The notes below the pieces were generated by a model. That model was not told where the DNA came from and made no database searches. It worked only from the letters and a program-made list of their open reading frames with translations. 64,000 nucleotides of DNA from Octopus vulgaris (taxonomy: Eukaryota), in assembly GCA_951406725.2 (NCBI GenBank), contig OX597818.1:131874001-131938000 (forward strand). The letters are read 5' to 3'. The translations under genes and the position numbers were made by a program. This document shows, piece after piece, positions 54,148-64,000 of this stretch (the stretch's first letter is position 1; each line of letters begins with the position of its first letter).

Positions 54148-54390
54148 ATCTTTTTTGCCAAACCGCTAAGATACAGGGACATAAGCACACCAACACCAGT
54201 TGTCAAGCAATAGCAGAGGACAAGGACAAACGCACACACATACATGATGGGCTTCTTTCAGTTTCCATCTACCAGATACACTCAAGAGGCTATAGTAGAA
54301 GACACTTGCCCAAGGTGCCATGCACTGGGACTGAACCCGGAATCGTGTGGTTGAAAGCAAGCTTCTCACCACACAGCCATGTTGATGCCT
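54148..54390 (-). mobile_element. older SINE family A copy, truncated with internal deletion
   Basis: Reverse complement of the family A head and body. Confidence 0.85.
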
Positions 54391-54397
54391 ATATAGG

Positions 54398-54703
54398 AGG
54401 AGCACTCAGTTATGATGACGAGGGTCCCAGCTGATACGATCAACTGAACAGCTTGCTCGTGAAATTAATGTGCAAGTGACTGAGCAATCCACAGACACAT
54501 GTACCCCTAACGTAGTTCTCAAGGAGATTCAGCATGACACAGAGTGTGACAAGGCCGGTACAACTCATTTTTGCCAGCTGAGTGGACTGGAGCAATGTGA
54601 AATAAAGTGTCCTGCTCAAGGACACAACGTGTCACCGGGAATTGAACTCATGACCTTACAATCGTGAGCCGAATGCCCTAACCACTAAGCTACGCATCTT
54701 AAC
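54398..54703 (-). mobile_element. tRNA(Arg)-derived CORE-type SINE, tail type Y
   Basis: Minus strand has A-box TAGCTTAGTGG, an ACG loop and B-box GAGTTCAATTCC. The CORE-like block matches 116-446 and the tail matches 1445-1826. Confidence 0.85.
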
Positions 54704-54704
54704 A

Positions 54705-54740
<36 letters not shown>

Positions 54741-54741
<1 letters not shown>

Positions 54742-54966
54742 TTCTTTACTACCCACAGGGGCTAAACACAGAGGAGACAAACAAGGACAGACAAACGGAT
54801 TAAGTCGATTACATCGACCCCAGTATGTAACTGGTACTTAATTTATCGACCCCAGAAGGATGAAAGGCAAAGTCGACCTCGGCGGAATTTGAACTCGGAA
54901 CGTAACTGCAGACGAAATACGGCAACGCATTTCGCCCGGCGTGCTAATGTTTCTGCCAGCTCACCA

Positions 54967-54968
<2 letters not shown>
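54741..54968 (-). mobile_element. SINE family B, tail 1, inserted in (TA)n
   Basis: Near-identical to the 11316 and 43573 copies. Confidence 0.92.
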
Positions 54969-55052
<84 letters not shown>

Positions 55053-55062
55053 TACATACACA
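54969..55062. repeat. (TA)n(CA)n microsatellite
   Basis: Directly visible. Confidence 0.97.
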
Positions 55063-55311
55063 AACTACTAAAACTCTATGACTGCTTGTTTGCGTGCTTG
55101 TCTGTAATTTTATACAGCACTTTCATAAATAGTACCATCTTAGGAACTTGCTTAGGCAATAATTCAACACCTGAAAATTTATATAACCAGTGTATTTTTT
55201 TTTTTATATTGAGTATTCCATGTTAAGTACATTATTTTTACTCAAGTTTAAGGTCCTATAGGTAAAAATAAATGCATTATTCTGAAATTATTTTAAAGTT
55301 GTTGCAATACA

Positions 55312-55660
55312 GATGTAGGTGTGGCCATGTGGTAAGAAGCTTACTTCCTAACCACATAGTTCTAGGTTCAGTCCTACTGAATGGCACCTTGGGCAATTTT
55401 TTCTACTATAGCCTCAGGCCAACCAAAGCCTTGAGTGGATTTTGGAAATGGAAATTAGAAGAAGCCCATCACGTGCACATGCATGTGCGTGTCCATGTTT
55501 GACACCCAATACCACTTGACAACTGGTGTTGATTTGTTTACATCCCTGTAACTAAGTATTTCAGCAAATAAGTATTGAGGTTGATTCACTCAACTAGAAA
55601 ATTCTTGAAGACAGAACCTCAGCATGGCTGCAGCCCAATGACTAAGACAAGTAAAAGAAA
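55312..55660 (+). mobile_element. old diverged SINE family A copy
   Basis: GTGGCCATGTGGTAAGAAGCTT...GGTTCAGTCCTACTG...CAGCATGGCTGCAGCCCAATGACT, with heavy CpG decay. Confidence 0.85.
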
Positions 55661-58600
55661 AAAAAAGAAAAGAAAATAATTTTGGAATGTTGCTATGATA
55701 TCTAATTCTTTTTCTACTCCAGTGAAGTTAATATACTTAAGCCAAAACAATCTTTTATTAATGAAATTTACTTCCATTCTGACATAAACTGAAAGTTTTA
55801 TTTCACATAAAGAATAGATATAGTTTATACCATTAATGGGAATAAATATTCTTAAATAGTAAAGTGACTTTATAATCAGAATATTAAATAAAATCATATT
55901 GGTCAACTTTTTGAAATCACAATGTTAAACACCTTTGTTGATTAATTCTATCAACCAAACATTAGCATAATACCTTTCATTTATGGAATGTTTGGTTAAT
56001 AATTTTTTGTATGAAGTCAGAGATTTTAGGAGAAAGAAGATAGGAAATTCTAACATTTATCCTTTTCCCATAGCCTTAACAACATAATTGATCCTTTACA
56101 AAAATTTAACACAGGGACATTAACTGAGTTACAAAGAATTTACTGCCATACCATATGTGTATTTACCATTCAAGTATCAAAACTTAATAATAGGTTACAA
56201 TAATGCCCAGCATGGTGTATTAACAAGTAACATAACTTAAATGGCTTATTTACAGATCTGTATTTAAACTCAATATCCTTTGATAAACAAATTTCAAACA
56301 CCAATTTATTTCTTTTAGCTTTGCATTAAAGTTTTAAAGTTTATAGCTCAAATATTAACAAAAACAGATAATATTTCAAAGATATGTGCATTTTAAACTT
56401 TCTCCAAACTCATTCCATTGGAATGAAAACACTCAACATGTAACATATAAAACAGTATCATGTTAACCTAGCATTCTATATTCATTTTTCATTTATTATT
56501 CTTTATAATATAATCATTTAACAATTACTTAATTCAGAGTGGAAAGCTGATTTGCAAAAACTCCATTTCTTATGTACAAGACAAAAACAATCTATATTTT
56601 AGAGACTTAGAATTTTACACTGAATGGCTATATTTCATTATCATTTGGAAAGACTACCAAGATTCTAAAGTTATATTTGAATTAGTTTTTCAAACACTGA
56701 TTAAGGCATGCGTTATTTATCTTAACTAATTTATACAACGTAGAGATCTGCAACAATTTTGATTATTTTATTCATATTATTACAAACTGAACTGATTAAC
56801 AATTATTTTATTGTTAAATTAATTAAAATAATTTGCTTTGAAGTAATTTTTATATAACATTGATGGAATTAAATGCTTTTTCCAAGCAGTCTTAAATTTT
56901 TTCTCCACACTATCAAAACTATTAATGAGACAATACTAAAGAACATTCAGATTCAATGAAATACTATCGCTAATCAGTCTCATCATGAAGATCCCCAACG
57001 TTATGCAATTCAATTTTGCAATTAAATACAAAATTAGAAGCAATAATTCCCTTCACTGGGTTTCTTCATTCAAGGAAAGGTATTGAATAGCCAGTTGTGT
57101 GATATGAATACAAAGTTATAAAGAAGCAAATAAGACTGATTTTGCTATCTATAACTGCTGCCAAAATTCTAATAAATATATTTGGAAATATGACAGAAAA
57201 ATTTGAAGAATTTTATGAATTCATTTTATTTTACATATAACTAATAAATAATTCTGAAATATCCAAAAACAACAAAAAGATGAAGAAATCATACATTAAT
57301 CTAATAGAGGACTTAAAATTATAGCCAGTGGGTCAGAGAATGCTATGCAAACATCAAATAAATTATTCTTTGTGCACTTAATGTAAATTATCTTAAATTA
57401 ATTTGCAGTAGGACTTGACAACTTTCACTAGTCTGGAAAGATTGCAAATGCTTTATTCTATCATAGCTTACAATCAAAATCTAAGGGAGGAAAAAATAAG
57501 CTCATTGTAGTTTCTGAATAGGTTGGCTATTTAATATAGGTCCAAGTGAAAATCAATAAATACAAAGAGCATAGAATTTCAAATGTTTTCTAAATTCACA
57601 ATTAAATTTCTAAACAATTGAGAAGCTATTGAAATGCTAGTATATTTACCACATATTGCTATCTTCAGTACAACATTAAACTCATTGTATTTAAATTTTA
57701 AGTGTGATCTAATATGATATCTTGTATATTATTGACATATTAAAGCTTGAAATCAGTTTTATCTCGGATAACATTTTAGCTTTTAAAAATTATAACATGA
57801 AAAGCAGTTGTAAGCTAAAATACAATGCAAACATCATGTAGATATCATTAATCATTTGATTGTGAAGGTTAAAAGCTTTCATTTAAAGATATATCTACTT
57901 GAATTCTATTTTCTTTCATCTGCATAATTTAATTGGTTTAAAATTAGAGATATATTGTCTACAAATGTAAGCATTTTTTCTGAGCTATTTTCATTTTATA
58001 CTTTATATTTTATACTTTCAAAAGATAACATTAAAATTTAATGATAACATTTTATGCAGCTATTGTATGTAAATATTCTGCTTATGAAAAACTCATAATT
58101 GTATAAAATATCTAATGGTATTTCTTTACATTTTATGTATATTTAGTGTGACATTCAGTTCATAAGTTATTTTTATGATTTTTATTGCTCAGTTAGGTAT
58201 AATTTCTAAATTGGTTCATCATATTTGTTTTTAATTTCATTTTATTTATCTTAAATTGATTGATTTATTATATAGGACTCAACTGCTTAGAAGACATCAG
58301 GAAATAAAAATGACTTTAAATTTACAAAATGTTGAACAATACTTGTAATTTTCTGAAATTTAATTTTTTTATATTATGTTAATACTGGTAAAATAAATTG
58401 TTTTGTCATCATTTTAAAAATGAGCTGACAAGGACAAGAAAATGCCTATTTAAATAAACTGTCAATCAGATTTAATGAGACACAATATAGAGAAATAGGT
58501 TTTAATATCTAACAATAAAATACTGTGTAGTACTTTCTTAGATTTTCTTTATTTAATAGAAACTGAAGTTTTTGGTGCATGTTTCTTATTTCATTCTTTA

Positions 58601-59619
58601 TGATATTTTTAACTGCTGGTATGATAAACTCCTTTATTAAAGTAGAGAGACAAATCATACAATTTACTGGTTATCAACAAATGCATAAAAAAAAACTGAA
58701 TAGATTCATTTATGTAGTTAACTTATTTTACTAATGAATAAAAGTATTTGAACCAAGGATACTGTTAAAAAGCAATAAGGGATAAAAAAAAATGCTGTAT
58801 GCAAAGAATTTGGGATTTCTTTTACTGCACAAGAAAAGAGTAGTTTTGCCATTTCAAAAATTTAAAATTGATTATTAGAAGCTACTATAGGCACCAACCT
58901 GAGAGCAACAGAGTCAAAGAACTTGAACTACATATCTCTCACTTACTAGGCAACCACATTACTGTTCACACTACATAAGTTTTCCATTCCTTTCTTCTCA
59001 AATTAAATATGGCTACTTTAACAATTATTTTATCTCTACAAGTATCTCTGTTGCTTCACAACAATTTGTCAGTGATTTAGAATTATCTGTCAATCAAGTC
59101 AGATAATTGTGTATGCAGTCAAAAATAGCAGAAAAAATATTTAAAATACATAATTTGAGTAGAGGAAATGACAGGCACTCTAATGCATTTGGTTTATCTC
59201 ATCACCCAGCAAGTGATAAATATGTAGTCTGAGTCTTATCAGTGGGCCTGTTGCTTATTGTCTATCAGAGATTGGTGCTTATAACTTGAAATCATATTTA
59301 AAACTTAGCTGTTAATTTATAATAAATAAAAATTGTTCTGGTATCTGTTGTTTTGCTTGGTTGAAATCTATAACTTCTGAAGAATTTAAAGGTACTCTAG
59401 TTATAACCACAGCACTTAAATTTGGAAATAATTTCCAAACCACTTTCCATCTAGCATGAACTATAGATACAATATTGAATAATGATTATTTTATTGAATT
59501 CAGTATTTCAAATTTAAGATACTGAAAGTTTATTACTTTGCTTGTATAAAATTATAAAAAGGATTTAATAACTTTATTTCTTGGGTTATTGCTGTAAACC
59601 ACAATTTTTTCACTACTTA

Positions 59620-59945
59620 GAGGAGGAAAGGCAGGGGTCATTACCTTTGCAGGTACTTCCAGGTTAGTCATATCAATGTAACGATAATTCATGTCTGCAG
59701 GAAAAGTTTTGGTAAGGAAGGAATTCCATAGAGCATCTGCTCAAAAGAGAACTGATTAAGCAGAATATTGTGTGGAATCTGATGGTCAAAACAGATGACA
59801 AACAACAGGGGCTCAAATTGATCCCAAGTGGAGGAATTATGCAGCTTGCTAATTTGGAGAGACATGGGCTGTTACAAGGAGAGTAGAAAAGGCAAGAAAT
59901 AACAAGTCTATGACCCAGTGGTTGATAAATGGATTTTGCCAATTA
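59620..59945 (-). mobile_element. LINE 3'-end relic (3930-5610 family)
   Basis: Minus-strand QPLGHRLVISCLFY...SKLASCIIPP resembles the LINE C-terminus. The tail motif GGTCATTACCTTTGCAGGTACT is shared with 15990-16030. Confidence 0.55.
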
Positions 59946-62329
59946 TTCAAATAGCTTTCTGTTAGTTTTAGTCTAAGATGTGTGTATTCCAATGTTAGTT
60001 TGGCTTAAGCTTCACAGTGAATCATTGACTGATTGTAGCTGAAGTATTTTCTTACTGAGAAGAGGGAACCTAGTCTCACTAAAGATAGTATATTATTTCT
60101 ATCATTATATTACTAAATTTACTAAACAAATTAGTTATTTTACCAGTTATTTCATTTATTCAAAACAGAATTTAATCCACAAGAGTCTAACATCCAGAGA
60201 TACATAGAAGAGAAACTTTTACCACTTCAATTTAACTTATTGCATATAAAAATGAAGTAAATATTAGCTTATAAACTTAGAATGGTATGGTTACTATTTC
60301 AATGAGATTGTCAACTTACATATAACTTGACATATATGCACAACAAAGTGGATTATGCTTAGAAATATTTTTTCAAGACACAACAAAGAAAATAGCTTCC
60401 AAACAACATCTAATGAAGAAATTTACAAAATAAGGTTATTCTAAAACATTACAAGTTCTATAAAGTTATAGAAATTAAATTTATATGTTAAATAACTGAT
60501 CATTAATAATAACTAAAGGAAAATTTCTTAATTAGGTATACAATAAAACATACATGCAAACTAGTGTTTTAAAACACAGCAACTGATTTTATTAAGGAGT
60601 ACATAAACTGAAAATGAATATACAGTTTGTTTTTATAATTAGTCTATTTTTGTCTTTATTTCTTGTATTCTTTTCCCTATCATTATCCAAATGTTAACTT
60701 ATGATTTTCTGTAGAGTAACAATTTTTTTTTAGTGTATATTTTTCTCTATATTTTCTGAATATTTTGTAGTCTCTGAAACTCATTTTCTGACTTAGAAGT
60801 TAATAAATTTAAAAGCTTCCAAATTTAGCTTAAAGGCCATCATATGCAAATGTTCTGAACATGTCATGTTAATTGAAACTAAGTAAAGGAGCAATATTTT
60901 TTCTTCATTGGACTATAACTTTTGCCCGCTAATTGTCTATCCCAGTTTACTCTTATTGCATTCTCATTCTAATGAGCATTTGTAAATGCTGGCCTATGCA
61001 ATATTAGTTCAATTATGATTAAAAAGGTATTTCATGATGGGTTTCAGAATTTTATATTAAAAATAGGCCAAATTAATTTAATATAAATGGAAATACTTAT
61101 CTAATATACAAAACATTCTATACAACCAAATAGAACAATTGATATGCACACCCAAATGCATATATATATTGGAACATTATAATTAAACAAAATTTATCAA
61201 TTTACAAATATTTACTAGCTTTTAAACAGAATTATTAAAATACATTCTTTTGTAGCTAGGCATATGGGAATATGAATATTGGTGGCATTCATCTAAAATT
61301 GATCTGTATGATTTAAATCTATTACTTGCAGTTTAAACTTACATGTAATATGAAAGGAAATGAGTTAGATTTATTAAGCAGTTCATAATAACAGTTATTA
61401 ACTGGATATATAAAAAAGTTTCTACAATTACAATGTATTACATTTGTTAACAATTAAAAAAAAAAAGCACAAATGTTTATTTTGTTTTCATACCTTAATT
61501 ATATCTCTGGAAATGATTTGATATAAGAGATAAAATATTCATCTGCCATTTCAATCAAGACTTTCTAAATAAGAAATTCTTATATTTCTACTTATAAGCA
61601 TTGATTAAAAGAGTCATTTTATTTTATATTTATAGAAATATTTCTTTTTTGACAATTTGCTCATTAGGTTTGTCGAATAACATTTCCTGACAGTTAATAG
61701 AATTTTATATCTTCCACATCCTAGTTATAGATTTGGTCGGTAATATGACTTCAGTGATTTTACACCTCTCCCTTATCATATTTTATTTGTGAAGTGAAAT
61801 AGGAGCATTTTATTTTCCTATGAAAGTAAATAGCTTTATATATAAAATTTCATGGCACATATTTTAATTAAATTCTATTTGCAGAAGAAATTATAAACTT
61901 CTGAGAAGCTACATTAAAAAGATATTAACAGACCAGTCGCCAGATGTCAAAATCCCAAGCAGTTGTGTCATACAGATAAGATTCACAGTCACTTATTTAC
62001 TTAATGTCAGTAAAGTAGATCTCAGTCTCTTCTGAAACAGCTAAAAGCCAAGATTTATGTACAAAATATGTTTGATAATTACTGTTAGCTTTTAATATAA
62101 AATAATTGTGAAAGAAAAGAAAGAAACATATAGGACTACTTTTCAATTGCTTGTTTTTCATTATTTAATTTCATTAGTAGTCTTTCTGGGCACTTTTAGA
62201 TTGATTTATAGGGATAAAAGAATGAGGTTATTACAATTGACATTCTGTTTAAATTGCTGTACATTGGCGAAAAAGGGAAAATAGTAGAAAGGGAGTTACT
62301 AGTTGATGCATTTAAAAAAAAAATTAAGT

Positions 62330-62800
62330 CAAGTGGAAAAGACAGTGTCTATGACCTTTGAAGGCTTTCTGATCCTGGTAAGGCCAATATGGTTGATATC
62401 TATTTTGAGTACTTCTAAGAAGGGAATTCCATAGAGTTGATATCCTGTGATGGGAAAAGGTTTGAGCTCTGAGGAATGGTTAAGAGGTAACGGTGACAAG
62501 AAAAGGAATGACATATAGGTCCAATGGGCTTGAATGGAAGTGGTGTGCACTAGTTGGTCTTAAGGAGCAGAAGTTGTTGTAGCAGCACTAGAATGCAGAG
62601 CAAGGGCCAGTAGGCCAAAGAACTAGAGGATGCAGTGTTGGAGAGAGAGTCTTTGCTATTCCATCAGACAGCTTCTTTTTGGATGTGGTCTAGAAGAGTT
62701 GTGTACATATCAGCAGTATATGTGAAAACAGTATTCCACTATGGGTCTCATATGAGCTTTGTAGAGAGTTAGTAACAGTTCACAGCTGAAATATTTTTTT
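62330..62800 (-). mobile_element. LINE 3'-end relic (3930-5610 family)
   Basis: Minus-strand LYKAHMRPIVEYCFHI..(YK...RP.LEY motif), IQKEAV and LYGIPF. The tail ATGACCTTTGAAGGCTTTCTGATCCTGGT is related to the other copies. Confidence 0.65.
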
Positions 62801-62953
62801 CACCCTTCATTATGAAGTAGCAATAAAAGATCTTTGGTGCAAGCAGAACAAAATATTTATTTCTATTGTTACGATCAGGCAAATTCTTATGTATAAAAGG
62901 GGTGAACTTCTGAACGCAACAACAGAAATTGTACAATCAGTGAATTAATATTC

Positions 62954-63458
62954 AAAGATGAAATTATGTAACAAATGTATAATACCCAAAAAATTTCATG
63001 TCTAGTCCTCGATTGTTCAAAGGTAGTTGGTAAATGGTTTGATCCATATGCAGCTCTCTCTCGTATTTTATGCTATCCACACAATGCTGTTGCTGTATTC
63101 TGAACTCTCCCCTGTTCCATTCTCCTTTTCTCTTTTTAACAGGAAGTAAACGAGATTACCTTTCTCATTCATTAACAGGAAGTAAGCAAGATTACCTGTC
63201 CCGTTTCTTAACAAGAAGTAAATGAAATTACCTGTCTTGTTCCTTCCTGTTAACGAATGAGACAGGTAATCTCATTTACTTCCTGTTAAAAAGAGAAAAG
63301 GAAAAATCGAACGGGGGAGAGTTCAGAATACAGCAACGGCATTGCATGGATAGTACAAAATATGAGAGAGAGCTGCATACAGATCGAACCGTTTACCACG
63401 TACCTTTGAACAATCGAAGACTGGACATGAAATTCTTTTGTTACATAATTTTATCTTT
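62954..63458. mobile_element. foldback-type palindromic element with internal 36-bp tandem repeats
   Basis: Arms 62954-63182 and 63243-63458 are reverse complements (roughly 85-90% identical by eye). The centre is made of TTAACAGGAAGTAAA.GAGATTACCTGTCTCATTC. units. Confidence 0.85.
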
Positions 63459-64000
63459 CCTTGCTCACTTCCTGTATGTATGTATATATATATACATACC
63501 TATGTCATTTCAACTCTGCCAAAAAAGTTGTTATATATCTCTCTTCGCAAACGCTTATCTCTCCTCATTCATAAAACATTGTAAGTTCACTTCCTTCATC
63601 ATATTTTCTCATTATTTGCACTGATTATAGATATACATAGCACAATGTCTGAAGAATATACATTTTCAGCAAGAATCAATGTACTCCTGGTTTAGAAGCC
63701 AGCAATATAATTATAAGTTAATTATAAGATGAAAGTGAAAGTAGATAAGAAAAATGAAATAGTAAAGCATAAAATAAGGTAGAAAGCACAAGTCATCTGT
63801 TAAGATCGTCAGATTGTAAGAAAAGTATAATGTTTATTGACTCACAAAATAACACTGAAATCAACTACTACAAGATACACCAGATACATGAAATTACAAG
63901 CTGTTAAATTGCTAAGGTTGCAGAAAGATTTTTTTTCAGCATAACTCAAAAGTTGGACTACATAGAATGTTGCTTGGGTCTGTACCAAGAAATAGAACAA

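Noticed and set aside
63136-63290. 36-bp repeated units as a CRISPR-like array
   Set aside because: The units are contiguous with no unique spacers, lie within a palindromic element, and the context is eukaryotic.

Overview
AT-rich, CpG-depleted, repeat-dense eukaryotic non-coding DNA. Its SINE repertoire resembles octopus/coleoid cephalopod repeats (recognised from memory, not searched). I see no intact protein-coding gene, and most ORFs in the track are repeat or microsatellite artefacts. The window holds about 20 tRNA-derived SINE copies built from shuffled modules and four decayed Tc1/mariner elements (two mariner, one with countable DD34D; one maT DD37D; one Tc1-like DD36E). It also has two young 141-bp MITEs, a Chapaev-type (Transib/RAG1-related) transposon relic, several CR1/L2-group LINE relics and a ~500-bp foldback palindrome. 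Points of interest are a ~238-bp templated insertion copied from 4 kb away, a small CpG-retaining island at 9.3-9.9 kb, a hairpin cluster around a candidate 85-nt minus-strand exon at 50.4-51.9 kb, and many inverted repeats that could form dsRNA substrates for ADAR. The window may be the inside of a very large intron. I found no clear-cut novel multi-gene system. All counts and identities were done by eye.
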